This document shows positions 9,931 through 19,934 of a stretch of DNA of 64,000 nucleotides, piece after piece. The stretch spans positions 160,001-224,000 of the forward strand of contig OY969763.1 of NCBI GenBank assembly GCA_963702845.1, written 5' to 3'. The stretch comes from an uncultured Verrucomicrobiae bacterium (GTDB lineage: Bacteria > Verrucomicrobiota > Verrucomicrobiia > Limisphaerales > Palsa-1400). Below the pieces are notes generated by a model that saw only the letters and a program-made list of their open reading frames with translations, was not told the DNA's origin and searched no databases. Made by a program: the position numbers and the translations under genes. How positions within the stretch are numbered: the first letter of the stretch is position 1; each line of letters begins with the position of its first letter.

Positions 9931-10467
9931 ATGACGTCAGCCAAAGTCACCGCAGCCGAATTGGCCAAAGCCATTCGCAACGTTCCGGATTTCCCCAAGC
10001 CCGGTATTCAATTCAAAGACATCACGCCGCTATTGGCTGACGCGCATCTCTACGCCGGCTCCATCGATTTATTGACTGAGAACTTTAAACCGGGCGACGT
10101 CGAGGCTGTGGTCGGTATCGACGCTCGCGGATTCATCTTCGCCGCCGCCGCTGCGTTGAAATTGCAATGTGGATTCGTGCCCGTTCGCAAGAAAGGCAAG
10201 CTGCCGTTTCAGACCTTCGAAGAAAGTTACGATTTGGAATACGGCTCAAACACCATGGCCGTTCATACCGACGCACTGCAGAAAGGCAGTCGCGTGCTGT
10301 TGATTGATGATCTTCTCGCCACTGGCGGAACCGCATCAGCCGCGGCCAACCTGATGAAACAGATCGGCGTGAATATTTTGCAAATGAACTTCCTCATCGA
10401 ATTGAGTTTCCTCGAAGGCCGCAAGCGCCTGGAAGGTGTTCCCGTTCGTTCGCTCGTTGTTTACTAA
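9931..10467 (+). CDS. apt: Adenine phosphoribosyltransferase
   Basis: 'PDFPKPGIQFKDITPLL', 'RKKGKLP' and PRPP-binding 'LIDDLLATGGT'. Confidence 0.97.
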   Translation: MTSAKVTAAELAKAIRNVPDFPKPGIQFKDITPLLADAHLYAGSIDLLTENFKPGDVEAVVGIDARGFIFAAAAALKLQCGFVPVRKKGKLPFQTFEESYDLEYGSNTMAVHTDALQKGSRVLLIDDLLATGGTASAAANLMKQIGVNILQMNFLIELSFLEGRKRLEGVPVRSLVVY

Positions 10468-10522
10468 AAATGATTGAGTGTCCTCCACGCGTTGATGCAA
10501 CATCTCGCGCAAGGAGGACGGT

Positions 10523-11188
10523 ATGTTTTTACGGAAGTGGTGCGCCCGATATTGGCGCAAGCTCGCGATTTCTTTTCTGTTGTTGCTGTCGGCTTTTGCC
10601 GCCGCCAATCTTTGGATAATCCATTCAGCGCGCCCATTTATCTATGCGGACATAACGGCGCTCCCGCCCAACGCCGTTGGGCTCGTCCTGGGAACCGGTC
10701 CGTTCACAGCCAAGGGAAATACCAACCTGCATTTTACCGTTCGCGTTGAAGCGGCCGCCGAACTCTACAAATCCGGCAAGGTAAAACATCTCCTGCTCAG
10801 CGGGGATAATCACATTCGCGGCTACGACGAACCGACGGAGATGAAAAATGCGTTGCTCAAACTCGGCATTCCGGAATCCGCCATGACGCTCGACTACGCC
10901 GGCTTGCGAACGCTCGATTCAATGGAGCGCGCGCGAAAGATTTTCGGCCAAACCAAACTGACACTGGTGACGGAACCATTCCACGCCGCGCGCTCCGTAT
11001 TTCTAGCGCGCCATTTCGGCATCGAGCCTGTTGTCTTTTGTGCCGAGGAACTGCCCGGTATGTGGACCAACAACATGCGCGTTCGCGAAGCCGCAGCGCG
11101 CGTCGTTGCCGTGCTGGATGTTTACTTGTGGCATCGAGGCGCCCGCCATTTGGGTGAGCCGATCACCATCAACGTCGCTACGAACTAA
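10523..11188 (+). CDS. SanA/YdcF (DUF218) family protein
   Basis: 'LLSGDNH...YDEP..M', 'LDYAGLRTLDS' and an N-terminal TM segment. Confidence 0.9.
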   Translation: MFLRKWCARYWRKLAISFLLLLSAFAAANLWIIHSARPFIYADITALPPNAVGLVLGTGPFTAKGNTNLHFTVRVEAAAELYKSGKVKHLLLSGDNHIRGYDEPTEMKNALLKLGIPESAMTLDYAGLRTLDSMERARKIFGQTKLTLVTEPFHAARSVFLARHFGIEPVVFCAEELPGMWTNNMRVREAAARVVAVLDVYLWHRGARHLGEPITINVATN

Positions 11189-11351
11189 AATTGGTATCCA
11201 CGTCGGTCGTGATTGAAGGCTTCAGTGGAATCCCCTCAAGTTGAAAACCAAGTTTGTCCTACTTGCTAGGTCACTCTGTGTCAATAGATTCGCTGGGTAC
11301 AAAAGGAGAAGACATATAGCCGACTCCAAAACATTGAACCAAGGCATAAAT

Positions 11352-12222
11352 ATGAAACGAAATATCGGGAAATTCGCAGCAAACGTCGCCGCCGCGGGCG
11401 TGCTACTCGGCGCAGCGGTCGTTTTTGCGGATGATCAACAAAACCAGCAAAGCGGAGCCAGTTCGACAGATCAGTCTCAACAAGCAGGACAATCATCGTC
11501 AGCAACGTCTCCGTCGTCGTCTGATCAATCGAGTCCGTCGGCCACTGGAGGCGGCGGCGCGATTAGTGCAGAAGCACGCGAGAAGGCCCAGGCCAAAGTC
11601 GCCGAGATCGCTCAGGACCCGCAACTGTTCATTAAAGTCGCATACGAGGAAAACCTCAGCGAGGTGAAGGCCGGTCAATTGGCTCAGCAAAAAGCGCAAA
11701 GTCAGCAGATGCAAAGATTTCGCGCAGAGCCTGGTGCAAGACCATCAACAAGCGCTCGATCAACTCAAGAAACTGGCCGATCAAAAAAACGTGCAAGTTT
11801 CCGACCAACTCGATCCGCGTCGTCAACGTATGATCGACGAGCTGTCGAGTCTTTCCGGCGCGGACTTCGACAAGCGTTTCATGAACCAGCAAATTCGCGC
11901 ACACAAACGTGCGATTGCGCTGTATCAACAAGCGGCCCAGAGCAACACCGATGCTGAGGTGAAGCAATTCGCGCAACAGAACGTCGCGGGCCTGCAACAT
12001 CATTTGCAGATGGCCGAACAGCAGGGCGGCATCAGCGAACCCGCCGGTGCAAGCAGCTCGAAAGACTCGAAAGACCAAGGTTCATCGAGTCAGCCACAAC
12101 AAGGACAATCCGGTGCATCGAGCTCCAGCCCATCGAGCCCGGATCAATCAGCTCAGCCTGGACAGTCGGGACAGCCCAGTTCGCCCAGTCAGCCCGATCA
12201 ATCCCAACCAAGTCCTAAATAG
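11352..12222 (+). CDS. Secreted DUF4142-like protein with Gln/Ser-rich ends; apparent frameshift near 11715
   Basis: Signal peptide, then 'EVKAGQLAQQKA' continuing in another frame as 'QDHQQA..LKKLA...LSGADFDKRFM...HHLQMAE'. Confidence 0.8.
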
Positions 12223-12294
12223 TACTTTGGGCAGCTTTTATTTTGGGCTCCCGATTCTGAGGACGGGCACTTCAAAATGAAAGCCGGGGAAAAA

Positions 12295-12331
12295 GTCCCG
12301 AGCTATCGAAAGATTGCTCGGGACATTTTTT
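12295..12331. terminator. Probable bidirectional intrinsic terminator
   Basis: GTCCCGAGC/GCTCGGGAC stem with an A-run before and a T-run after, between convergent genes. Confidence 0.75.
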
Positions 12332-12355
12332 GTACTCGCGTCGGCTGCTACAAAG

Positions 12356-14098
12356 TTATTGTCCACTCAACTCCGCTGATAAATCGAATCGCTCGAAAAC
12401 TTTGCCCAGCAAACGAATTGCGAGCGCCACTTCCACGCACATGACGGCTGCGCCTGCAATGGCTCCGAGGACGATGCCGATCTCGAACGACAGGGCTAAT
12501 TGTGTGACGAACAAAACTGCGCCGAACACCAACCCTGCAGGAGCCAAACACAATGCTAACGCAAGGACCTGGCCGAACATTAGAATGAGTTGCTGCCCCA
12601 TCGTCTCGATGCCGCGCGGGGCGGTTTTATCAAATTGAAACCATGCCGGCAGCAAGAGGACGCTGGTGTTCTGCAGCAGGATGGCGATCAGGTCCAGGAA
12701 GGGCAGGGCGATCGCGGCCGCGACACAGCAGCTGAGCTTCATCCCAAAAGGCAACGGTTGTGTGCCAAATTGCGACGGCGAACCGACGAGAAAAACCGCA
12801 ATCAGCACCCATTGAAAACATGCGAGCAACAGCGCGGGAGCGAGCACTTCGCCTAAAACAATTTGCCAGCCCCGCATCGGCAACGTTTTTAGCACGTCGA
12901 TCATCGGCAGGTCCTGACGCAAATCCAGGCGAACGATTTGCGGACCGAAGAACAGGGACATGACGGCAAACATTCCGCTGAATGTGGCGATTGCGATGCC
13001 CCACGCAAAATGTCCACGCGTCATCATCACGGTGATGAAAGTGATCCACAAAATGATGAACCAGAAACGGCGGCTGAAAATCTGGCCGCTGCTGATGAGG
13101 TTCTTCCAGAGGATCGCGATATACGGCGAGCCTTCGGTTCCGAGTTGAAAGGGTGAGCGCTTGGCTTTCTTGGGCTTTTGCACGCCCCATTGTCCCGCGC
13201 GCATGTTGGCGATTTTCTCGGCGGTTTTGCGCGACAATTCGATCGACGCTTCTTCAAAGGCAACGTTGGCCGACATGACCCACCAGTAATGCGCCGCGAA
13301 AATGACGATGGCCGGCACAATCGCGACAGCGAAATCGTGCCAGTTGGTGGCGAAAAACGGCGCGAGCAAAACGCGGAAGGGCAGCAGCAACCAGTACAGT
13401 GCACCCGTGTTGAACAAATTCAGGAAATACTGTTGCAGGGCATTGATGTTGACTTCGTCCCTCGCAGGGAACGCGGGAGCGGTCGTCCACGTGTAATAGC
13501 CGATGGAGGCGACGCCCACGGCAATAATTAGCACAACTGTAATGCGTCGCTTCCAGGTGCTGAGCCCGTGCTCGGTCAAGCGCGTGACGGCAAAGGAACT
13601 GCCGAGCGAGTGCAGGCCCATGGTCGCAAGAACGATCCACCAACCCAACACGCGAATGAACGGGTTGCTGCCGGCCCAGGCGCGACCAAAAATTGTGAAC
13701 ATGATCGCGCTAATCAAAATGACCAATTGTGTGCGGAGCAGTTTGAAATTGATCAACGTGCGACGCCCGATCGGCGCTGGAAACAGGAACGCAATTTCCG
13801 CTTCGGTGAAAACGAGAGCCGCGCGTTCACGCGGGAACAGCCACGCCAACAAAAACAGGACAAACAAGACGACGGTCACGCCGGTGTGTACCAGTAGGAC
13901 GCTGTCTGGTGACGCTCCCCAAATCGGAGCGACACCATGCCGGCGCGCTCCGCCGCGCATGAACACGAAGAAGTAAAAGTAGCAGAAACCGACGATCGCG
14001 CCGAAGAGGTACTTCGGTTGGCGCAGCCGTCGGAAACGCATAATGATCGCGTTCTTCCAACTGTGATAGATGTAAAAGGTGAAGGCGTGCAGTATCAT
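12356..14098 (-). CDS. Putative ABC exporter permease
   Basis: Many TM segments; 'AEIAFLFPAPIGRRTL' and 'DLRQDL..IDVLKTLP'; coupled to an ABC ATPase. Confidence 0.8.
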   Translation of the reverse strand: MILHAFTFYIYHSWKNAIIMRFRRLRQPKYLFGAIVGFCYFYFFVFMRGGARRHGVAPIWGASPDSVLLVHTGVTVVLFVLFLLAWLFPRERAALVFTEAEIAFLFPAPIGRRTLINFKLLRTQLVILISAIMFTIFGRAWAGSNPFIRVLGWWIVLATMGLHSLGSSFAVTRLTEHGLSTWKRRITVVLIIAVGVASIGYYTWTTAPAFPARDEVNINALQQYFLNLFNTGALYWLLLPFRVLLAPFFATNWHDFAVAIVPAIVIFAAHYWWVMSANVAFEEASIELSRKTAEKIANMRAGQWGVQKPKKAKRSPFQLGTEGSPYIAILWKNLISSGQIFSRRFWFIILWITFITVMMTRGHFAWGIAIATFSGMFAVMSLFFGPQIVRLDLRQDLPMIDVLKTLPMRGWQIVLGEVLAPALLLACFQWVLIAVFLVGSPSQFGTQPLPFGMKLSCCVAAAIALPFLDLIAILLQNTSVLLLPAWFQFDKTAPRGIETMGQQLILMFGQVLALALCLAPAGLVFGAVLFVTQLALSFEIGIVLGAIAGAAVMCVEVALAIRLLGKVFERFDLSAELSGQ

Positions 14099-14910
14099 TG
14101 CGGCCCTTTCTCGGACGGCGCAGCGGGACCGTCCCCGCCTTCTTCGGTGACGCGGAAGAATACGTCCTCGAGATTTGCGCCCTCGGGCAGTTCGGAAAAG
14201 CGTGCGCGCACTTCGGCCAGACTGCCGTCCACGATTTTACGTCCGTTTTTCAGAATGAGGACGTGTGAGCAGACTTCCTCGAGCAAGTGGAGCAGGTGAG
14301 AGCTGATCAAGATCGCCGCGCCTTCGCGAGCGCGTTTCAGGATCGAATCTTTCATGCGACGAATGCCGATTGGGTCGAGACCGGTCAACGGTTCGTCGAA
14401 GAAAATGACCTGGGGCGCGTGCAGCAGGCCACAGGCGATCATGAGTTTCTGTTTCATGCCGCGCGACAATTCCGACGGCAGCTTGTCGCGTTTGTCAGCG
14501 ATCTCGAGTTCTTCGAGCAAGGTGAGCGCGAGCGGTTCATAATTGCGCACGTTGTAAATGCGCGCGGTGAAAGCGAGATGTTGGTTGACGGTCAAGTAAT
14601 CGAACAGGCGCGGTTCGTCGGAGAAAAAGGACAAACGCTTTTTCGCTTCGATAGGTTGGGTGGCCATGTCGAAGCCGCAAATGCGAATGGAGCCGCGCGA
14701 TGGCGGAATGATGCCCGCAAGACAGCGCATGGTGGTGGTTTTGCCCGCGCCGTTCGGGCCGACCAAGCCGATGACCTGGCCTGGTCGCACGAAAAACGAC
14801 AGGTCGGTGACTGCGGGAAAGTTGCCGTAGAGTTTGGTCAAACCATCCGCGGAAATTAATGCATCCTGGACAGGCGGGATATGTGACAGCACCGGCGGCA
14901 ATGTTTCCAT
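14095..14910 (-). CDS. ABC transporter ATP-binding protein
   Basis: GPNGAGKTT, LSRGMKQK, DEPLTGLD and SSH motifs; likely ATG start at 14910. Confidence 0.93.
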   Translation of the reverse strand: METLPPVLSHIPPVQDALISADGLTKLYGNFPAVTDLSFFVRPGQVIGLVGPNGAGKTTTMRCLAGIIPPSRGSIRICGFDMATQPIEAKKRLSFFSDEPRLFDYLTVNQHLAFTARIYNVRNYEPLALTLLEELEIADKRDKLPSELSRGMKQKLMIACGLLHAPQVIFFDEPLTGLDPIGIRRMKDSILKRAREGAAILISSHLLHLLEEVCSHVLILKNGRKIVDGSLAEVRARFSELPEGANLEDVFFRVTEEGGDGPAAPSEKGPQ

Positions 14911-15111
14911 GGCGCGGAGGGTAGCAATGGCGCGGTGAGTGGGGGAGTATAAAAAGGCGGCGTGTTTGTAAGTCGGTGAGTCTGTAAGGCGGTAAGTCGG
15001 ATCATAATCTATCTGTTTGGGCGCACCTCGACGGATTACCTTTTGCAACGGGCGCCCCGTTTGTGTTGACCAGGCGAACCCAGATGCATTCGGTGTATTT
15101 GTGAAAGCAAA

Positions 15112-15160
15112 GCAGCGCAGATGACAGGCGCGCAACTGGCTTTGTCTTTAAGCAGCGTTG
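15112..15160 (+). repeat. ~50 bp direct repeat, left copy (partner 23551-23600)
   Basis: GCAGCGCAGATGACAGGCGCGCAACTG is identical over 27 bp in both copies, and both end in CAGCGTTG. Confidence 0.9.
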
Positions 15161-15196
15161 GAATTACTGAGAGCGGACGCCAACGGCCCGGCTGTT

Positions 15197-15583
15197 TCAT
15201 TGTGAGTCTCGCTCTGACACCCACCGCTTCATGTGCCCGTCCAGCTCGGTAAACAGGGCTGGCAGCTTGGTGAATTGCTCCTGCGTGAACGCCTCGGTGC
15301 CAAAGCCAGGAAGTCTCCGACTGCAAAAACCGTAGAACTCTTCCGCGCATCGCTTGCAAAGCGCCCACAGCTTTGGATTGCCAGATAACTTTGCAGACAA
15401 ATCGGGAGCGCTGCAGTCGGGAGCGCCACCACAGTAATGGCAACCAGCCGGCAATACGGAGACCGAGCCGGGGTTCACCTCTTCAGAACACTGGACGCAA
15501 AGATCTGCCGTCGTGACGTTATCTCCGACGATTGTCGTGATGTGAACCGTCGCCTCCCGTTGATTGCATTTCGCGCAAAGCAT
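15197..15583 (-). CDS. Cassette protein with McsA-like N-terminal CxxC motifs
   Basis: 'MLCAKCNQREATVHITT...DLCVQC' plus CHYC and CKRC; start placed just after the attC core. Confidence 0.65.
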   Translation of the reverse strand: MLCAKCNQREATVHITTIVGDNVTTADLCVQCSEEVNPGSVSVLPAGCHYCGGAPDCSAPDLSAKLSGNPKLWALCKRCAEEFYGFCSRRLPGFGTEAFTQEQFTKLPALFTELDGHMKRWVSERDSQ

Positions 15584-15592
15584 AACGACTGT

Positions 15593-15691
15593 GGTTAACG
15601 AAAAAAACTGAGCCACGCCGGGCAACTGACGTCAGCCGCGAAAGCGGAGCTGCCAACGCCAACCGGCGTTGGCTCAAGCGTCTGGTTAAGC
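15593..15691 (-). other. attC site
   Basis: Minus strand GCTTAAC-cagacgcTTGAGCC...GGCTCAG-tttttttc-GTTAACC with long internal dyad symmetry. Confidence 0.92.
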
Positions 15692-15979
15692 TGCATGCGG
15701 CCTCCGCTCGGATGAGCCACGAAGAGCGCGACGAATACCAAGGACAAACAATCCAAAGGCGATAAGGACTACAGCTGAAATCAAGACGTCAGGGACGCGC
15801 CCGTACCCGCCACCAAAAAACCATAACGTGCTACTTTTAACGTGAGCGAATCCGTAATCGGAACCGCGGATGGTTACCGTAGCGTATCCCTGAAATCGCC
15901 CCAGCCAATACCGGCATGAAACGCCAAAGAATCCCGCTCCAACCAAGAGGAGTAGCCACTTAGATTGTTTCGGATTCAT
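15686..15979 (-). CDS. Cassette membrane protein, hypothetical
   Basis: Two hydrophobic segments; TAA stop overlaps the attC inverse core. Confidence 0.75.
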   Translation of the reverse strand: MNPKQSKWLLLLVGAGFFGVSCRYWLGRFQGYATVTIRGSDYGFAHVKSSTLWFFGGGYGRVPDVLISAVVLIAFGLFVLGIRRALRGSSERRPHAA

Positions 15980-15990
15980 ATCTTGTTCAG

Positions 15991-16083
15991 CAATAACCCC
16001 AAAGCTCAGCGGCGACGGGCCACTGACTCGAGGATTGTAAACGCAGCGTCGAACCGCCGTCCGCCGAAGCGCTATTGTTAGCC
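15991..16083 (-). other. attC site
   Basis: Minus strand GGCTAAC...CTTCGGCGGACGG...CCGTCGCCGCTGAG...GTTATTG. Confidence 0.88.
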
Positions 16084-16120
16084 TTTGTCTTCACGTTTGG
16101 AAACTTGCGCTACGATGCTG

Positions 16121-16642
16121 TCACTTCGCCCGCTCCGCCGCCCTCATATCCGCCTCCGCAATCTTCTCAACATAAAACTGCCCTCGCGCCTTCAGCTTGG
16201 TCGCCCACGATTCCCTGTCGCCGCCTCCACTACGGACATAACAATCGTAACCTAACACTGCTGCATACTGATCTTCCGTCTGCTCCATATTCCGCTCGCA
16301 CCATTTCAAAACCGCTGGCCGATACTTGTCATTGATATGCCTTGAAAACTCCGTCGCCAGCGAAAGATCAAAATCGTTCTTTTCCGAATCTGCGGCCACA
16401 ACTAACTTCTGCCAATCCGCATCCGTCGGCTGCCGGCCCGCCTCCAACGCCTCAAATGCCCGATTCCTCGCCTCGACATTCTCAATTATCCAGCCCTGCT
16501 TTTGGGCAATGGCCTGTAACATCCGCTCGCTTGGATGCGAAAAATCCGACCTCTGACCCGAAGTCTCCTGCACCTGCTTGCCACAACCAATCAATAGCCC
16601 CGCCACTATCGCCGCAACAATTGGAACCATGCGAAATTTCAT
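16121..16642 (-). CDS. Cassette lipoprotein, hypothetical
   Basis: Lipobox 'LLIGC'; lies between two attC sites. Confidence 0.75.
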   Translation of the reverse strand: MKFRMVPIVAAIVAGLLIGCGKQVQETSGQRSDFSHPSERMLQAIAQKQGWIIENVEARNRAFEALEAGRQPTDADWQKLVVAADSEKNDFDLSLATEFSRHINDKYRPAVLKWCERNMEQTEDQYAAVLGYDCYVRSGGGDRESWATKLKARGQFYVEKIAEADMRAAERAK

Positions 16643-16655
16643 AAAATCTGGATGC

Positions 16656-16754
16656 TGCTAACGTCCAGAGCTCAGGCACGCGGGACCAAAAACCGTGAAC
16701 CGCGAAGCGGAGCTGAGAGCGCCATCCCGCGTTGCCTGCAGAGATTTGTTAGAT
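16656..16754 (-). other. attC site
   Basis: Minus strand ATCTAAC-aaatctCTGCAGGCAACGCGGGA...TCCCGCGTGCCTGAG-ctctggac-GTTAGCA. Confidence 0.92.
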
Positions 16755-16982
16755 CTCTGGTTCATGTCTCCTCAACTCTCGAAGCAAACGCACCTCACTC
16801 GATCCGTCCTCATACTCGACGAGATACTTCTGCTCTGGATGCGGGGCTTCCGGTGAAATAACCGAAGCGACAGCTCCGCGTCTCGCTCCTCCAATAACTG
16901 TCACCATATCGTTGACCACGAGCGGCAACGCCTCACTTCTTTTGCCTTCGTAAAATGCTTGGCGCATGGCTTCAGTAATCAT
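16749..16982 (-). CDS. Cassette small protein, possibly KOW/SH3-like
   Basis: 77 aa; stop overlaps the attC; 'NDMVTVIGGARRG...YLVEYEDGS'. Confidence 0.65.
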   Translation of the reverse strand: MITEAMRQAFYEGKRSEALPLVVNDMVTVIGGARRGAVASVISPEAPHPEQKYLVEYEDGSSEVRLLRELRRHEPEI

Positions 16983-16992
16983 GTCCGGTGAG

Positions 16993-17188
16993 GTCTAACT
17001 ATGATTATGCGACACACTGTCGCAGTAATTTCGATATGCGAACGGTTGGTTCATATTGGTTGAGCAGACTATTGTTCTGCTGCCGCTGCGAAGCAAGCGC
17101 AACTGGGCGCGCTCGCGAGCACGGCGACGACATGCCGGAGATCCGCGATTGGAAGTGGAGCGCGTAGGGAAAGGGCAGAGCAGTTTAA
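16993..17188. repeat. Repeated module copy 1: attI-like site (minus) plus phosphoketolase-like 3' end (plus, 17114-17167)
   Basis: Near-identical to 17644-17856, 18302-18476 and 20486-20660. Minus end reads CGCATAA-TCATA-GTTAGAC; plus frame reads REHGDDMPEIRDWKWSA*. Confidence 0.9.
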
Positions 17189-17274
17189 CGCCCCGGGTCA
17201 GGCAGGCCGGGGCAAAGGTGTTCGATTGCAAACAGAGACGCGATCCCGGCCTTGCCTGCAGCGACTTGCTAGGG
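17183..17274 (-). other. attC site with variant inverse core (CCCTAGC)
   Basis: Minus strand CCCTAGC-aagtcgCTGCAGGCAAGGCCGGG...CCCGGCCTGCCTGAC...GTTAAAC. Confidence 0.85.
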
Positions 17275-17640
17275 TGCATTTGTGATGTTGATAGATACAA
17301 TGTTGATGCCATTGCTTTGAATATGTGCTGCCTGCAATAAACCGTCTCTCCATGCTCCATCCGGTCTAAATCGCTTCGGCTTAATGTCCAGACCTAGACT
17401 GCATCCGCGTGACAATGGGAAAAAATGAGACCAACCAAAACTGTCTCCAGCGCTTAGGCCGTCCTTAAAACCGTGATGCACTAAATATTTCGTCGCGTCA
17501 TCTTCTCGCATCCCAAAGGTCAGTTTCGATGCGATCTTAACCGCCTGTGCTTGGGTGAACTGGTTTGTCGCCGTCTGCGCTTCTGTGAGGTTCGTAAAAG
17601 CGAGAAGCACTAAACAACATATTGCTGAAATCGTTCTCAT
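17269..17640 (-). CDS. Cassette secreted protein, hypothetical
   Basis: Signal peptide ending 'TEA'; stop overlaps the attC inverse core. Confidence 0.75.
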   Translation of the reverse strand: MRTISAICCLVLLAFTNLTEAQTATNQFTQAQAVKIASKLTFGMREDDATKYLVHHGFKDGLSAGDSFGWSHFFPLSRGCSLGLDIKPKRFRPDGAWRDGLLQAAHIQSNGINIVSINITNAP

Positions 17641-17643
17641 GCA

Positions 17644-17856
17644 CCCTAACTATGCTTACGCGACGGGGTGTCGCGGTGATTTTGATATACGAACGGTTGG
17701 TTCATATTGATTGAGGAGACTATTGTTCTGCGGTCGCTGCGAATCAAGCGCAACAAAACGCGCTTGACCTCACCTTGGGCCTTTGAGCACGGCGACGACA
17801 TGCCGGAGATCCGCGATAGGAAATGGAGTGCGTAGGGAAAGGGCGAAGCAGTTTAA
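17644..17856. repeat. Repeated module copy 2 (with a short insertion near 17765-17784)
   Basis: Aligns with copy 1; core GTTAGGG; plus frame EHGDDMPEIRDRKWSA* at 17785-17835. Confidence 0.9.
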
Positions 17857-17949
17857 CGAAAAAAGCTGAGCCACCGCCGACTCGTGGCGTGAACCGTGAT
17901 AGCGGAACGGACAGCGCCAACGGCGGCTGGCTCCGGCGATTTGTTAGAC
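17851..17949 (-). other. attC site
   Basis: Minus strand GTCTAAC-aaatcgCCGGAGCCAGCCGCCG...CGGCGGTGGCTCAG-cttttttc-GTTAAAC. Confidence 0.92.
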
Positions 17950-17955
17950 TCGTGG

Positions 17956-18297
17956 CTACTTCTTTGGAACACCAACTCCATATACCTCCAGAATCCCACC
18001 TTCGCCGCCAGTTTTAAGTATCAAGTAACCGCCTGTCTGCTCTGACCTCCATATATCGTATTCCACAATATCCAATCCGGTGGGATGGGGCACCCGATAC
18101 TTCTCAAAGGTCGCCAGCTTCTCAATCTCTGACAGGTCTTGATAATGTAATTTCTGGAGGCCGCTGGTATGCGACACGGATGACGCAGTGAAACGCTCAT
18201 CAAGAATCTTCTGCATCTCCTTCGAAGGCTTGGCATCGGCCGCATAGGCGAACATTCCGCATAAAAGAACAACGACAAAACAGGTGAGAGGTTTCAT
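17956..18297 (-). CDS. Cassette secreted protein, hypothetical
   Basis: Signal peptide ending 'AYA'; bounded by GTTAGAC and GTCTAAC. Confidence 0.75.
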   Translation of the reverse strand: MKPLTCFVVVLLCGMFAYAADAKPSKEMQKILDERFTASSVSHTSGLQKLHYQDLSEIEKLATFEKYRVPHPTGLDIVEYDIWRSEQTGGYLILKTGGEGGILEVYGVGVPKK

Positions 18298-18301
18298 ACG
18301 A

Positions 18302-18476
18302 GTCTAACTATGATTATGCGACGGGGTGCCGCGGTAATTTTGATATACGAACGGTTGGTTCATATTGGTTGAGGAGACTATTGTTCTGCGGCCGCTGCGA
18401 ATCAAGCGCAACAAAACGCGCTCGCGAGCACGGCGACGACATGCCGGAAATCCGCGATTGGAAATGGAGTGCGTAA
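18302..18476. repeat. Repeated module copy 3
   Basis: Aligns with copy 1; core GTTAGAC; plus frame REHGDDMPEIRDWKWSA* at 18423-18476 with a TAA stop. Confidence 0.9.
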
Positions 18477-18494
18477 GGGGGAATTAGTCGGTCC

Positions 18495-18983
18495 TTACTT
18501 TCGATTTGCGTCTAGGCGGAAGGGTTGGCTTCCGTACGCTGGACCGCTTGGTTCGCCCGTCTTCGGATCTTTTTTGATGACAAGAGAAACATAATATTTG
18601 TCGGTTGGACGGATTGGATATGAATGGACACCCCACGCGTCCTTCAAATCGTCCACCCATAAACCAAAACCTTCAGCCCCGCCATGAAACTCAATTACCA
18701 TGTGGTCGGAATGCACATACACGCCAACCGGTTTTAATTCGACAATAGATAGCGGCAAGTTTGTTAGACCACTCCCCTTATAATAAATTTCATTTGTCGG
18801 CGACCGGCTAATCACGCAACTCGCACTGCGGATGATTTCCGCGCAGTCCACGGTTCTCAGAACCTTGTGGAAGTGCCACTGCTTGGGCAGGGAATACCAG
18901 AGCCCGCTTACTGTGAGAATACCTGTCAGGACCACACAAAGTCCGAGAAAAATGCCGAGTGGAATTTTTACGATGTTTTTCAC
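18495..18983 (-). CDS. Cassette membrane-anchored protein reading into a truncated attC
   Basis: N-terminal TM segment; the last ~20 codons start at GGCGAACcaagcggtccagcg, which resembles an attC left arm. Confidence 0.65.
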   Translation of the reverse strand: MKNIVKIPLGIFLGLCVVLTGILTVSGLWYSLPKQWHFHKVLRTVDCAEIIRSASCVISRSPTNEIYYKGSGLTNLPLSIVELKPVGVYVHSDHMVIEFHGGAEGFGLWVDDLKDAWGVHSYPIRPTDKYYVSLVIKKDPKTGEPSGPAYGSQPFRLDANRK

Positions 18984-18993
18984 GGAGACTTTG

Positions 18994-19058
18994 GCCTACC
19001 AATTTATCTGCGACAACTGTTCGCATAGTTTTAATCGGCGAACAAGGGTTTTTGGGGT
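18994..19058 (-). other. attI-like site, second subtype (core GGTAGGC)
   Basis: Homologous to 23451-23515 (AAACCCTTGTTCGC..ATTAAAA...TGCGAAC); also aligns with the attI-like end of the repeated module. Confidence 0.6.
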
Positions 19059-19128
19059 TGTCCTAAAAGCTGTCAAACGGGGACTGGGGTATGTGGTTGC
19101 TGATGGCTGCAGCGCTTGGTTAGACGTC

Positions 19129-19437
19129 TTACGAGTAATGTGCGGTAATGCCAGCATAAGTCAGTGTGACGAAGAACGCGATAAAGACTCCAGCCTCAAC
19201 CCATATTCTCGTCCGAAGCGTTTTCTTGCGAACGATGAAACGAGCAACGGTAGCGGTGATAAAATAAACACACGCTGCTACAAAGCCAATAACCATGAAG
19301 CCGATGATAAATCCAAACTCCTGCTGTCCGTCTCCAGGATACTGCTCTCCCCACTGTAAGTGGGAGAACGGCAAAGCGACGGCAACGCCGACCGTTAGCA
19401 GAACCCGAAGTAGCGCAAGCAAGACGTGGCGTTTCAT
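19129..19437 (-). CDS. Cassette membrane protein, hypothetical
   Basis: Three hydrophobic segments; followed by a half attC (GTCTAACcaagcgctgcagcc, 19104-19125). Confidence 0.72.
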   Translation of the reverse strand: MKRHVLLALLRVLLTVGVAVALPFSHLQWGEQYPGDGQQEFGFIIGFMVIGFVAACVYFITATVARFIVRKKTLRTRIWVEAGVFIAFFVTLTYAGITAHYS

Positions 19438-19456
19438 GGTGAGATGCGCGAATGAC

Positions 19457-19507
19457 ACCTAACAGTTGAGCTCGGGAGGTTTCACACAGGCTCGCGATTT
19501 GTTAGGC
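19457..19507 (-). other. Short or internally deleted attC
   Basis: GCCTAAC...GTTAGGT spanning only 51 bp, with weak dyad symmetry. Confidence 0.6.
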
Positions 19508-19925
19508 CAAGATTGTTGCATGTGCGGAGTCTGCCTGAACTACGACAATGGCGCCGGACATGAACTCGATGGCATTCAAAGCAAGCGGTTGAGCAGTCAT
19601 CCTCTCGTCGCAAATCATTAGGGAACCCTCTCCAGTCCTCGTCCGTCCAGTAGCCGAAATTACGCAAGCAATCGTCCTCAGTGAACGGAAGCCCAGAACG
19701 ACGAGGCAGAAACCGAAACTCGGTAACGCCTGAAAACTCGATCGTAGATGACGCTGGCAGACTGTTACGGACGCCCTCGCGCTCAGAACGTCGCCACAGC
19801 AACAACAGAGTCCGCTGGGCCACTGAGTAACGCAATTCTTGGAAGTCATAGTCATTGTGGAGATCAAGTTCGTGTGGCGGTTGAACAAGATAGATTCCCA
19901 TGTTGACTGTGAAATTGCGGCGCAT
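19502..19925 (-). CDS. Cassette protein, hypothetical; apparent frameshift near 19630
   Basis: The 5' part lies in ORF 19482..19925 and the 3' part in ORF 19502..19888, whose TAA overlaps the attC inverse core. Confidence 0.65.
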
Positions 19926-19934
19926 GGCAGTTGG

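Noticed and set aside
14968..15000. 8-bp GTAAGTCG-like repeats
   Set aside because: Only four degenerate units of a common type of intergenic simple repeat; no further support.
16993..17065. Module end as an ordinary attC of a gene-less cassette
   Set aside because: A GCTCAAC lies upstream on the minus strand, but the L''/L' boxes do not pair and there is no long hairpin; the geometry fits attI better.
16995..17360. ORF-track proteins spanning the modules (also 20473..20769 and 17056..17340)
   Set aside because: They cross attC sites and repeat modules and overlap better-supported cassette genes.
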